Shown piece after piece: positions 24,546 through 34,260 of a stretch of DNA of 64,000 nt (position 1 is its first letter; each line of letters begins with the position of its first letter). The DNA is taken from the IMG/VR virus record IMGVR_UViG_3300042549_005813; one strand, given 5' to 3'. The notes beneath the pieces are model-generated. The model ran no database searches, was not told the DNA's origin, and was given only the letters and a program-made list of their open reading frames with translations. The stretch is from a virus. Both the position numbers and the translations under genes were made by a program.

Positions 24546-25109
24546 ATGAGTGATATAATTAAATTTAATACTGCAACACAAGCATTTGGTGTTGAGCGTG
24601 GAGTAACCAAGTGTTCGGGTTATGGACTTGGTGAATTGACCAAAGGCATGAAAAAAGGTTTAGAGATTGGTTGTTCTGAGGCACACACCTCAAAGTTTCT
24701 ATTGGACACCAATCCAGAATTGACCTTATATTCAATTGATCCTTATGTTGCATACACGGACTGGAACGGTAATGTATTGAATGACCGAGAAGAATTCTTT
24801 CAACGGGTGACTAAAGAGATGGCGGTATATGGCCAACGATTTGTTTTGTTTAGAGATTTTTCGGACAATGTTGTTGACCGGTTCAACGATGGAGAATTTG
24901 ATTTCATCTTCATTGATGGATTACACACCTACGAACAATTAACAAAAGATTGTCATAACTACTATCCTAAAGTCAAAAAAGGTGGTATATTCTCTGGCCA
25001 TGACTATCAAACTATTCCTGGTGTCAATAAAGCCGTTGGCGAATTCGCACCAACTAAAACCGGCAAAGTTCTTACAACTGAATGTGATGTTTGGTACTGG
25101 TACAAATGA
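24546..25109 (+). CDS. Class I SAM methyltransferase (Methyltransf_24-like)
   Basis: LEIGC, IDPY, DFIFIDGLHTY and GGIFSGHDY motifs. Confidence 0.88.
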   Translation: MSDIIKFNTATQAFGVERGVTKCSGYGLGELTKGMKKGLEIGCSEAHTSKFLLDTNPELTLYSIDPYVAYTDWNGNVLNDREEFFQRVTKEMAVYGQRFVLFRDFSDNVVDRFNDGEFDFIFIDGLHTYEQLTKDCHNYYPKVKKGGIFSGHDYQTIPGVNKAVGEFAPTKTGKVLTTECDVWYWYK

Positions 25110-25780
25110 AATCAATTTTTATCATAACATCTTGTTTGATACCTGCAATTGGTGTCTTTAGTCCAGAAGAACGTCTGAAACAAACACTAGAGACTGTTGA
25201 TTCTATTAGAAATAAATCTCCAGATTCATTCATCGTACTTTCCGATGTATCAATACAATCATTGACAGACCAGTATTCAGAACTTGTTTCTAAGGTTGAC
25301 TTATTCTTAAATTTGAATCAAGTTGATTTTTTACTACACTTTACCAAAAACGGAATGAAAAGCCAAGGTGAATGTGCGATGATGCATGTTGTATTAGACT
25401 ATCTAAAACAGAATTCGGAATTATTAGAAGGTGTTGACCGTATATTTAAAATAACTGGTCGTCTACAACTTGATGATGGTTTTGATATTAATCACTATGA
25501 TGGGTTGAATGGTAAATACGTATTCAAGGAACGCATACCAACATGGATGAGTGAACCCATTCACGGAGCAACTCATGTTTTCGATACTCGCCTTTGGTCT
25601 ATGTGTACGTCTTTGATTGATACTCATAAACAAGCCTTAGAAAAAGTGTTCCCTCTATTAGGTCCAATAGACTTGGAACACGCATATTTTGCCGTTTTAG
25701 ATAAAGAAAAAGTAGTAGAATTTGATAGAGTGTATTGCAGGGGCCAAGTGGCCTCAACGGGTGAGTGGAAATTTGATTGA
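25106..25780 (+). CDS. Hypothetical protein, possible glycosyltransferase-related
   Basis: ERLKQTLET, FKITGR and LEH motifs; lies in the sugar-modification cluster. Confidence 0.55.
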   Translation: MKSIFIITSCLIPAIGVFSPEERLKQTLETVDSIRNKSPDSFIVLSDVSIQSLTDQYSELVSKVDLFLNLNQVDFLLHFTKNGMKSQGECAMMHVVLDYLKQNSELLEGVDRIFKITGRLQLDDGFDINHYDGLNGKYVFKERIPTWMSEPIHGATHVFDTRLWSMCTSLIDTHKQALEKVFPLLGPIDLEHAYFAVLDKEKVVEFDRVYCRGQVASTGEWKFD

Positions 25781-25809
25781 TATAGAGTACTATATATCTA
25801 AGCCAAGAT

Positions 25810-25850
25810 TTGACAGATTTGTGAATCTGTGGTATAATCCATTATAAATA
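25810..25850 (+). promoter_or_regulatory. Tandem sigma70 and T4 late promoters
   Basis: TTGACA(25810)-17-TATAAT(25833) with ACAGATT/AATCTGT inverted repeat; TATAAATA at 25843-25850. Confidence 0.75.
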
Positions 25851-25894
25851 ACCCTACAGACAACCAAAGTGTGTTGTAATTCAATAGGTAGACA

Positions 25895-27097
25895 ATGTTA
25901 TCATTCAAAACTTTTTTAACAGAGCAAGAGGATCCTGAAGAAGGCGCCAGCCGTCAGATTAAACATTTGACGCATGTGGAAGACCGTCCTCTACAAAATG
26001 GTGAAAAAGGTGCGGCACATGCCATCAAATCATTGTCAGCTGCAGCAGAACACATTAAGGCTGGTAATAAATCATCCGAACTAACCACAAAATATGATGG
26101 TTCACCAGCACTTGTTTATGGTCATCATCCAAAGACTGGTAAATTCTTTGTTGCATCAAAGTCCGCTTTCAATAAGACACCAAAGATTAACTACACACCA
26201 AAAGATGTAGATATGAATCATGGTCACGCACCTGGTCTGGCCGCAAAGTTAAAAGATGCACTAACGCATTTACCCAAGATTGCACCTAAAAAAGGTGTAT
26301 ATCAAGGTGATATGATGTTTGGTACAGACAAGGAAGATAAGAAAACTGAAAAGGGTGGTGGTACATCGTTTCATCCTAATCCTTCTGGCCTAACATATAC
26401 TGCACACGGAACACACGAAGGTGGAGTTAAGAAGGCAAAAATTGGTGTTGTAACACACTTATCGTACCAAGGCAAAGATGCTGCAAGTCTAAATGCATCA
26501 CATGAAGTTGACCACGAAAACTTCAATAAACACTCTGATGTATTCTCTGTTGATCCAAGAATGGACACATCAAAGGTGCATTTCAGTCCAGAAGAACAAA
26601 AGAAATTCACTAAACATATTACTGCAGCTCAAGCAGTACATGATACACATGGCGGTGACATGTATGCTGGTACTAGTGAACACCATGGTGTTGGTGGTTC
26701 ATTAGAAACTTATATTAATCACACTGTACGTACAGGTGAAGAATCTAACCATAAAAACTTTAAGTCTTGGCTGGAAACAAACAAAAATAAAGCAATCGAC
26801 AAACTTAAAGTCGAAAAGAACAAGAAGGTCAAACAATCAGCTTTAAAAGATGAATTGGGTAAAGTTGAACGTAATAAAAAACATTACAACAATCTTTTCA
26901 AAATGCATGGTGAGTTACAGAAGGCTAAAGATACACTTATTGGTGTTATGAATCAACACCAAGAATTTCAACACACACACGGCGGAGAATCTGCGAATCC
27001 TGAAGGATATGTTTTTCATCACGGTAAAGAATCTGATAAGTTAGTTAACCGTGCGGAATTCTCTCGTAGAAATTTTGCTGGAATAAGAAACATATGA
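25895..27097 (+). CDS. Ligase-like covalent nucleotidyltransferase (DUF6267-like) with a capsid-targeting-like N-terminus
   Basis: Motif I TKYDGS, III YQGD, IV PEGYV, V KLV; N-terminus MLSFKTFLTE. Confidence 0.65.
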   Translation: MLSFKTFLTEQEDPEEGASRQIKHLTHVEDRPLQNGEKGAAHAIKSLSAAAEHIKAGNKSSELTTKYDGSPALVYGHHPKTGKFFVASKSAFNKTPKINYTPKDVDMNHGHAPGLAAKLKDALTHLPKIAPKKGVYQGDMMFGTDKEDKKTEKGGGTSFHPNPSGLTYTAHGTHEGGVKKAKIGVVTHLSYQGKDAASLNASHEVDHENFNKHSDVFSVDPRMDTSKVHFSPEEQKKFTKHITAAQAVHDTHGGDMYAGTSEHHGVGGSLETYINHTVRTGEESNHKNFKSWLETNKNKAIDKLKVEKNKKVKQSALKDELGKVERNKKHYNNLFKMHGELQKAKDTLIGVMNQHQEFQHTHGGESANPEGYVFHHGKESDKLVNRAEFSRRNFAGIRNI

Positions 27098-28875
27098 AAA
27101 AGTTTTTAGAAAAGTTACAAGAAGATGCACAGACCCACACACCTGTGGTGATGGCGTTTGGTCGAATGAATCCTCCAACTATTGGCCACGCTAAAGTGGT
27201 TGATAGAGTGAAACAACTTGCAAAAGACTACAAAGCACCACACCACATTATTGTGTCACATTCTATGGACACAAAGAAGAATCCATTAGACATTGCAAGT
27301 AAAATCAAACACGCAAAGAGATTCTTCCCTGACACAAACATTACCGGTTCAAGTAAAGAGAAACCAACATTTTTACAACATGCAGCTGCACTACATCAAG
27401 CAGGCCATGACCACTTGATAATGGTTGCAGGTTCAGACCGTATTCCAGAATATGAACAAAAATTAAATCAGTATAACGGAGAAGGTCCAGGTAAACTATT
27501 CAACTTTAAAAAGATAGAAGTTAAATCTGCTGGTCAACGTGACCCCGATGCAGAAGGTGCAGAAGGTATGTCTGCTTCCAAGATGCGTGACCATGCAAAG
27601 AGTGGTGATTTCAATTCGTTCAGACAAGGTGTTCCTGCACATGTTCCAGACAATCATGCTAGAGCATTGTTTCGTGATGTTCGTAAAGGTATGGGATTGA
27701 ATGAAGAATTCAATCGTGGACTATTTAAAGCAATCTTTGTGACTGGTGGACCAGGTTCAGGTAAAGACATTATTATACGTGAAGCAATTGCTGAAAATAA
27801 AGCAGTAGAATTGAATTCAGTGCAAGCATTTGACTTATTGATGGACAAACAAAAACTGTCCGAAAAAACAACCGACTATCGTAGAGAAGCTATTCGTAAC
27901 CGTGGTCCACTAATTATTAATGGACCTGCTGATGACCACACTAGAATAATTACTATTAGAGAAGAACTAGAAGAATTTGGTTATGAAACTGTTATGGTAT
28001 TTGTTGATACAACCAATGAAGCCAGTAAAGAACGTAATGAGAAGTTGACCAAGTCAATTTCAGAATCAATTAGATATGATAAGTGGCAATTAGCACAAAC
28101 TTCAAAAGAAGCATATCGTCAGAATTTTTCCAATTTTATAGATTTCAATAATAGTTCAACCTTCGAAGAAATTCAAGAAGACATTACTGACACTTACGGA
28201 AAAATAAATAGGTTCATCGAGGACAAAAATTACAATGAAATTGCGTTCTCTTGGTTGGAAAGTCGTGGTAAAATTAGTATCACATCATTATTTAAGGAAA
28301 ATGAAAATGTTAAGAAAAATTCTAGATTTTTTGAAAGTTACAAAACCAAGCGCACCAGTGGAAGTCCAACTCTCAACACCGGTACCGGTCCAAGAGCCGA
28401 AGGTCCAGGAAGTGAACTCCCAGATAATCGTGCAGGAGACATTAACGCCGACAACATCAAGTGGGATGGAAACAAAAAGCGAGGAAGTTACACCTTCAAA
28501 ACCTACAGTGAAGAAGGCCCCAGCCTCAAAGTCAGTCCAATCCCCAAAGAAGACAACTTCTCCAAGGACAAAGAAAAAGTAAAACGTAATCGTTTCAGAG
28601 ATTCACCAACTGTTAATCAACGTATGAGAAACATAACAACAGTTGGTCCAGAATTTGATACACGCCAACAGGGAACAGTATACCCTATGTCTGGTCTAGG
28701 CGATGTAACATATAGAGAACATGTAGATTTCAAAAACTTTAGAGAGTCGCATAATGATCCTGCCGATTCTGAAATGGGTGTTTACGGTGTATTGGGCGGT
28801 GCAACAAATAAAGAACCAATGGAAAATCCAAGAGATAAATTTGGTTCAAGTTCAATAAAGAAGAAAAAGAAATGA
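27094..28875 (+). CDS. HIGH-family nucleotidyltransferase fused to a P-loop kinase (zeta/Pnk-like)
   Basis: FGRMNPPTIGH, VAGSDR and MSASKMR motifs, then GGPGSGKD; N-terminus MKKFLEKLQE. Confidence 0.8.
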   Translation: MKKFLEKLQEDAQTHTPVVMAFGRMNPPTIGHAKVVDRVKQLAKDYKAPHHIIVSHSMDTKKNPLDIASKIKHAKRFFPDTNITGSSKEKPTFLQHAAALHQAGHDHLIMVAGSDRIPEYEQKLNQYNGEGPGKLFNFKKIEVKSAGQRDPDAEGAEGMSASKMRDHAKSGDFNSFRQGVPAHVPDNHARALFRDVRKGMGLNEEFNRGLFKAIFVTGGPGSGKDIIIREAIAENKAVELNSVQAFDLLMDKQKLSEKTTDYRREAIRNRGPLIINGPADDHTRIITIREELEEFGYETVMVFVDTTNEASKERNEKLTKSISESIRYDKWQLAQTSKEAYRQNFSNFIDFNNSSTFEEIQEDITDTYGKINRFIEDKNYNEIAFSWLESRGKISITSLFKENENVKKNSRFFESYKTKRTSGSPTLNTGTGPRAEGPGSELPDNRAGDINADNIKWDGNKKRGSYTFKTYSEEGPSLKVSPIPKEDNFSKDKEKVKRNRFRDSPTVNQRMRNITTVGPEFDTRQQGTVYPMSGLGDVTYREHVDFKNFRESHNDPADSEMGVYGVLGGATNKEPMENPRDKFGSSSIKKKKK

Positions 28876-29084
28876 AAAAATTTACAGAGTTTGTAAGAGA
28901 ATCTACACCAGAAACATCACATTATGATGCTCAAGAAATCAAACGCCAAAAGGCTCACTTGATGTACAAAGCAAAAGAGTATGGTGACCAAGCACAAAAA
29001 GAAAAACAGTTCGGCCACGGCGGAGCAGCAGAAGCTAAAGGTGAGACTATGGTTGCAGCTGCAAAAAACATTAAAGGAGATTAA
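28872..29084 (+). CDS. Putative internal head protein
   Basis: MKKFTEFVRE resembles the T4 capsid-targeting sequence. Confidence 0.6.
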   Translation: MKKFTEFVRESTPETSHYDAQEIKRQKAHLMYKAKEYGDQAQKEKQFGHGGAAEAKGETMVAAAKNIKGD

Positions 29085-29085
29085 T

Positions 29086-29571
29086 ATGATAAACTTAAGA
29101 AAAAACGATGCACTTGCTGATGCGGTAAAAGAAATTTTACAACAAGAGGCACTAAAAGGCAATCAACATTTAATTGATAAAAACAAGAACAATAAAGTTG
29201 ATGCACATGATTTCAAAATTCTTCGTGGCGAAAAGAAAACCGTCAAAGAAGAAGAAACCGTTGAAGAAGGTCTTAAAGATATTGCCAAGAAAGCTTTCAA
29301 AGCTTTGACTGGTGGTTCAGATGAAGACCAACTTAAAGCACTACAGAAAAGAGCTGGTGCACCAGTTACTGGTAAAAAACCAGAACCAAAAAAAGAAGAA
29401 GTTGAAGTTTCAACACAGAAAACATTGAAGCAATTCAAAGAAAATGCATTTGACTGGAAAAAGAAACCAGAACCACAACCAAACGGCGGTTCAGGTGTCA
29501 AACAAGGTTCTCGTTACGGTGGTTCTAAACAAAAAGATAAACCAGAACAGGAAACAGACGAAAAAAAGTAA
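29086..29571 (+). CDS. Lys/Glu-rich putative virion protein; -1 frameshift extension possible to 29717
   Basis: SD GGAG before ATG 29086; ends at A AAA AAG TAA. Confidence 0.75.
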   Translation: MINLRKNDALADAVKEILQQEALKGNQHLIDKNKNNKVDAHDFKILRGEKKTVKEEETVEEGLKDIAKKAFKALTGGSDEDQLKALQKRAGAPVTGKKPEPKKEEVEVSTQKTLKQFKENAFDWKKKPEPQPNGGSGVKQGSRYGGSKQKDKPEQETDEKK

Positions 29572-29617
29572 ATGAGGCAAAGGGACCAACCAGTCAAGAA
29601 GACGGACCTTTTGTCTC
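29562..29617 (+). other. Programmed -1 ribosomal frameshift signal
   Basis: Slippery A_AAA_AAG, 5-nt spacer, 11-bp stem GAGGCAAAGGG/CCTTTTGTCTC; -1 frame open for 49 codons. Confidence 0.7.
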
Positions 29618-29726
29618 TAGTATTAATGATACACACGATTTAAAACCACTGAACCATGCAAGGTACTTGGCCAAAAAATCTTTAAATAGAGTTCAAAAAG
29701 AAATGATGAACAAATAAGGCACAATA

Positions 29727-30986
29727 ATGAGCAAAGCACAAACATTAAAATCTATAGTTAAAAGGGGGGGTGCAGAAAAGCCTTCTTTTGGAACTAATCC
29801 TTGGGATCCATGGTCCGCAAAAGCTAATATTGCGGAAGATGCTGCTTTGGATCAATATTTGACTTCTAGAGGTATCAATCCAAAACATGTTTCTAAAGAC
29901 CAAAAGGTTGCACATTCCAAGATGGGACAATTCATCAAATGGAAAAGAGACCACATGTCAGAAGCTGTAGATAGAAAAGATACAATTATCTTTGATATAC
30001 CTTTGTTGATTCGTGTATTAGAGTTTGCTCGTGAAGAATTAAAATCGGATGTACTTCTACATAAAATGGTAGAAAGACTGATTTCAATTCGTGGCAAGGG
30101 AACTTTGACCATGAATCAGTATGGTAAAATTATTAAAGAAGAAGCTGAATCTTTAGGTGAATCTTTTCCTGAATATGGTGAAAGAGCCAATAAACTTTTA
30201 AAAAGAAGTCATGAACTGTATGATAAATCTCGTTCAGAACCAGACGTTTCAAAGAAAAAAGAAATGGCTTCTAAGTCAACAAGAGCTCATGGTATTTTCA
30301 TGAAAGCCAAAGAAAAACACTTGAGTCGTCATCCTGAAGATGCAGAATCTTTACGAAACAAAACAATGTCTGGCGCAAGCAAAGATTATACAAGTGGCAA
30401 AAGATGGACTGGTGATTCTGTTGAACACTCAGATGATACGAATGTCATTTCTGAAATCAGTTCAGAAACATTGCAAAGTTATAAAGATAAAGCGATGAAG
30501 TCTTCTGATGATTTGGCTTCAAAAGGCCAATATAAAAAATCGAACGACCGTCTGTTGAATCACATGAAGGCCACAGGCAAACAAATTGACAAGACAACTG
30601 CTTCGATTAAAAAATCTTTAAATAAAGAAAATACACAAGACCCGATGGCCGCATCATCAATGCCTAATGACGGTGCAAATAGTCCCGATGATGTTGAACA
30701 ACCAAAGAATAAAAAGTTGATTCAAATGTCTAAGTCTGCTCGAATCATTAAATCCATCTATAAAAGGAAGGGAATGAAAGAGGAAATTTATGACCATGAA
30801 AAGGAAGACAAGTCTGTTGCAACTTATGGTAAAAAACCAAAAATGCAAAGTGTAAGTACTGATTTAGAAGAACCACAGGCCGCAGCGGTATTAACAGGCG
30901 GTACCACCTTGACTGGTGAAAAGAGAGATACCATCGAAATCGACCCTATGTTGAAGATGCGTAAACCAGTTTCTGGAAAAAGATAA
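29727..30986 (+). CDS. Putative virion (internal head) polyprotein
   Basis: Charged modules separated by I/L/M-x-E sites (IAED, MSEA, IKEE, LGES, ISEI, MKEE). Confidence 0.6.
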   Translation: MSKAQTLKSIVKRGGAEKPSFGTNPWDPWSAKANIAEDAALDQYLTSRGINPKHVSKDQKVAHSKMGQFIKWKRDHMSEAVDRKDTIIFDIPLLIRVLEFAREELKSDVLLHKMVERLISIRGKGTLTMNQYGKIIKEEAESLGESFPEYGERANKLLKRSHELYDKSRSEPDVSKKKEMASKSTRAHGIFMKAKEKHLSRHPEDAESLRNKTMSGASKDYTSGKRWTGDSVEHSDDTNVISEISSETLQSYKDKAMKSSDDLASKGQYKKSNDRLLNHMKATGKQIDKTTASIKKSLNKENTQDPMAASSMPNDGANSPDDVEQPKNKKLIQMSKSARIIKSIYKRKGMKEEIYDHEKEDKSVATYGKKPKMQSVSTDLEEPQAAAVLTGGTTLTGEKRDTIEIDPMLKMRKPVSGKR

Positions 30987-31022
30987 ATAGTAAATATAAC
31001 CCACGGTTAAAAGGAGAATAAC

Positions 31023-31892
31023 ATGTCATCTTGGGGAAATAACGATAACGCAGCTAATGCACCATATTGGGCTGTTGAGACAGTACAAACAACAAATGCG
31101 CCAGTTGCATCCGCACCAACAGCAGCAAACGTTGCACTGTTATATGGTAATACACAATTCCAGGCATATACACAAGGTATGACTGTTGGATTGTTCATGG
31201 TAGATGCTACAGAGACCACTGCTGGTGGTGATAATGTAGTGGATATCTCATTGTCAAATCAAGGTGCTGGATATGTTGAAGCACCTGGTGTTTCTATTGT
31301 AGCTAGTGCTGGTGCATATAGTGCAACTGCAACCGCTACTATTGCTGCTGGCCTGGTGAGTAATATTACAGTTGCAAACACAGGTGTTGGTTACACATCA
31401 ACTCCAGCAGTTACAATTCAAGTTCCAGTATTAACTGTTCCAACAGCTTCAGTAATTGCTGCTAATAACGTAGTAATGTATACTGCTCACGGTCAAGCAA
31501 ATAGTGCTGCTCTTGTTTTCAATTGGGGTGGTACTGCTAACATTGCTGGTTTAACAAATGCAAACACATATTATGTTGTACCCGTTGATGCAAACCGTTT
31601 CTCATTGGCAACAACTGCTGCAAATGCTGCAAACAACGTTGTTATTGATATCACATCTACCGGTGAAACAGGACAATTCTTTACGATTGTTGATGGTGTA
31701 CGTGCAACAGCAATTGCAAGTCGTGGTTTAAGTCAAAGTGTTAGTGGTGCAGAACACGCAACACACATTGGTTGGAACATAAAAACAGTTGGTTCCGGTG
31801 GCCGTGCAGGTCGTGTTCAATACGAAACGTTAGTTGCCATTTCCGAAGTTATAGGTGATGGTTCAGACGATATTTCTTTACCTGACGCTTAA
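31023..31892 (+). CDS. Virion structural protein
   Basis: Ala/Thr/Gly-rich, N-x-G-x-GY-x-x-x-P-x-V repeats, late TAAATA upstream, terminator downstream. Confidence 0.7.
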   Translation: MSSWGNNDNAANAPYWAVETVQTTNAPVASAPTAANVALLYGNTQFQAYTQGMTVGLFMVDATETTAGGDNVVDISLSNQGAGYVEAPGVSIVASAGAYSATATATIAAGLVSNITVANTGVGYTSTPAVTIQVPVLTVPTASVIAANNVVMYTAHGQANSAALVFNWGGTANIAGLTNANTYYVVPVDANRFSLATTAANAANNVVIDITSTGETGQFFTIVDGVRATAIASRGLSQSVSGAEHATHIGWNIKTVGSGGRAGRVQYETLVAISEVIGDGSDDISLPDA

Positions 31893-31894
31893 TA

Positions 31895-31912
31895 AAAGGG
31901 GCTTCGGCCCCT
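31895..31912 (+). terminator. Hairpin terminator with a UUCG loop
   Basis: AGGGGC-TTCG-GCCCCT. Confidence 0.65.
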
Positions 31913-31919
31913 CTATAAT

Positions 31920-32306
31920 ATGTTCGATGAATTGAATGAAGATAATTTTATGATGTATGCTGCAAAATGCTATACATCACCACATTGCATTATGTCGGAA
32001 TTTGAGGGAGATATTAAAAGAACAAAATACCTGAAAAGGTTATTTCGTAGATATAAGGTCACAAAATCCCTCAAAGAACGATTAATTATAAACCATATCA
32101 TTTTATTGAATAATGTTTTTGGTCCAGAAGCAACGGCAAGAATATTGTTCTATAAGACTGATGAACGTGATTATGATATTCTAAAGACTTTTTTAGATTA
32201 TCTAGATATCATGCCTGATTTTGTTTATGGTATTAATGGAAAAACTATATCATCATCCGATTTACCACTAGATATGAATGTCGCAGAGATATTAAGAAAC
32301 ATATGA
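31920..32306 (+). CDS. Conserved T4-like hypothetical protein
   Basis: KYLKRLFRRY and ERLIINHIILLNNVFG motifs. Confidence 0.75.
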   Translation: MFDELNEDNFMMYAAKCYTSPHCIMSEFEGDIKRTKYLKRLFRRYKVTKSLKERLIINHIILLNNVFGPEATARILFYKTDERDYDILKTFLDYLDIMPDFVYGINGKTISSSDLPLDMNVAEILRNI

Positions 32307-33043
32307 AAAAATTTCAAGAATTTATTAACGAAGTAAAAGAACCAACTCCAGAAGAAGTTGTTAAGGAAGGTCATGGTCCTTGGGGCAAAATGACACAAGA
32401 TAAATTGGATAAGATTGCAAAAGCCAAAAAACGTGAAGAAAAAGAAAAAGGTGTTCTGAGAAAACCTGGATCAACGTTACGAAAAGATACAACTAATTAT
32501 GTTGCTAAAGTAAATAAACTTTCTGAGGAAGAACTAGAAGAAAACCATATTGCTATCGCCATGGGTAAAGAAATGGATGATGAAGGTAGTATGATTATGA
32601 ATCAACTGGATCACATGGAACGTTCCATCAACATGATGCGTGGTGTCGTTAAGGATCCAAATATGCAGATACCTGCTTGGGTTCAATCTAAAGTAACATT
32701 AGCTGCAGACTATATTGAAACAGCTGCTGGTTATATGTCCAGTAAAAATGAAGAAGTTGACTTAGAAGAAACTGCTGCATGGCAACGCAAAGAAGGCAAA
32801 AGAGAATCTGGTGGTTTGAATCAAAAAGGTGTTGATTCTTATCGTAGAGAGAATCCAGGTTCCAAACTAAAAACAGCTGTGACAACAGAACCATCAAAAT
32901 TAAAAGCAGGTTCAACTGCAGCGAATCGCCGCAAATCATTCTGTGCTAGAATGTCTGGTATGAAGAAAAGATTAACTTCAGCGGCAACTGCTAAAGATCC
33001 AGATTCTCGCATCAACAAATCCTTACGTAAATGGAATTGCTAA
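32303..33043 (+). CDS. Putative internal head protein
   Basis: MKKFQEFINE N-terminus; AWQRKEGK...RRKSFCARM...SLRKWNC module. Confidence 0.7.
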   Translation: MKKFQEFINEVKEPTPEEVVKEGHGPWGKMTQDKLDKIAKAKKREEKEKGVLRKPGSTLRKDTTNYVAKVNKLSEEELEENHIAIAMGKEMDDEGSMIMNQLDHMERSINMMRGVVKDPNMQIPAWVQSKVTLAADYIETAAGYMSSKNEEVDLEETAAWQRKEGKRESGGLNQKGVDSYRRENPGSKLKTAVTTEPSKLKAGSTAANRRKSFCARMSGMKKRLTSAATAKDPDSRINKSLRKWNC

Positions 33044-33516
33044 TGAAAACATTTCAAGAATATATTACAGAAAAAGATAGATGCTGGACTGGATACAAAC
33101 CTGTTCGAGGTAAAAAAGCATTCTCTCCAGGAAGTTGTGAGAAGGTGTCTGAAAATATTAACCATACTTATAGTGAAAATGAAAAACAACACCATACACA
33201 TGTTGCAAATCAAGATTTAGATTTTGGTAATGGGCATGTTGTTAAAAAAGGTTCCACATTAAGAAAAGTTGATGGTTCTAGTAAAATGTATGTGCATTTG
33301 AAAAATGGTAAACCAGTAACCAAAACACATCCCATATTAAGTTTACCTAAAACTCATGTCACTGCAATAAATGAAGAAGGTATGGCAGCTGCGCCAACCA
33401 ATACTGTTGGTGGTGGAAACATTGCTGGGTCGGGCGGCGCAGGTGGAGAACCAGGTGTTTCTAAGAAAAGAAATCCAGTAATGTCATTCGTCAAACGCAA
33501 ACAACCAAATATGTAA
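33043..33516 (+). CDS. Putative internal head protein
   Basis: MKTFQEYITE is nearly identical to the T4 internal-protein capsid-targeting sequence. Confidence 0.7.
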   Translation: MKTFQEYITEKDRCWTGYKPVRGKKAFSPGSCEKVSENINHTYSENEKQHHTHVANQDLDFGNGHVVKKGSTLRKVDGSSKMYVHLKNGKPVTKTHPILSLPKTHVTAINEEGMAAAPTNTVGGGNIAGSGGAGGEPGVSKKRNPVMSFVKRKQPNM

Positions 33517-33517
33517 C

Positions 33518-33973
33518 ATGTGGATATTGCAATGGTTACCTAATTGGATATTCTACGCCGTCTTAATAGCCGGCGTTTTTGGTGTGGCCGCATCATATTT
33601 TATTAGATTCTTATCATTCATACCATTCCTTTACGTTTATAAAACACCAATACAATTAGGTTCTATTGCTGCGATTGTGATTGGTACATTCATGGCTGGC
33701 GCAATCCACGATAATGAACAGTGGGAAGCAAGAGTGCGAGAGATGGAAGAAAAAGTTGCTGCAGCTGAAGCACAATCAAAGGAAGAAAATATTAAGATTG
33801 TTGAGAAAGTGGTAAACAAGGTGCAAATTGTTAAGACCCGTGGTCAAGACATTGTTAAATATGTGGATAGAGAAATTGTAAAGTATGACACAAAATTTGC
33901 TCCAGGTGGTGTATGTGAGATACCAAAAGAATTCGTAGAAGCTCACAATAGAGCAGCAGAGGCACCAAAATGA
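33518..33973 (+). CDS. Putative inner-membrane spanin (Rz-like)
   Basis: N-terminal TMs, coiled coil, C-terminal Cys; adjacent to a lipoprotein. Confidence 0.6.
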   Translation: MWILQWLPNWIFYAVLIAGVFGVAASYFIRFLSFIPFLYVYKTPIQLGSIAAIVIGTFMAGAIHDNEQWEARVREMEEKVAAAEAQSKEENIKIVEKVVNKVQIVKTRGQDIVKYVDREIVKYDTKFAPGGVCEIPKEFVEAHNRAAEAPK

Positions 33974-34260
33974 ATGAGAGAACAACAGAATATTTAATAT
34001 GGGCTATCTTTATTGTTGTAATCGTGTTTATGATGGGCTGTTCGACAACTGTTCCAGTTACCGCTAAATTTCCAGAGGTACCTGAGAAATTGAAACAGAA
34101 ATGTCCTCAATTAGAAAAATTAGTAGATGATCCAAAGTTAACAGACATAAGCAAAACAGTTACAATAAACTATACAACATACTATGAGTGTGCGGTGAAA
34201 AATGATGCATGGATTGAATGGTATGAAATACAGAAACGAATATTTGAAGGTGTGAAATGA
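33970..34260 (+). CDS. Putative outer-membrane spanin lipoprotein (Rz1-like)
   Basis: Lipobox FMMGC, Pro-rich, CPQL...YYECA. Confidence 0.65.
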   Translation: MNERTTEYLIWAIFIVVIVFMMGCSTTVPVTAKFPEVPEKLKQKCPQLEKLVDDPKLTDISKTVTINYTTYYECAVKNDAWIEWYEIQKRIFEGVK

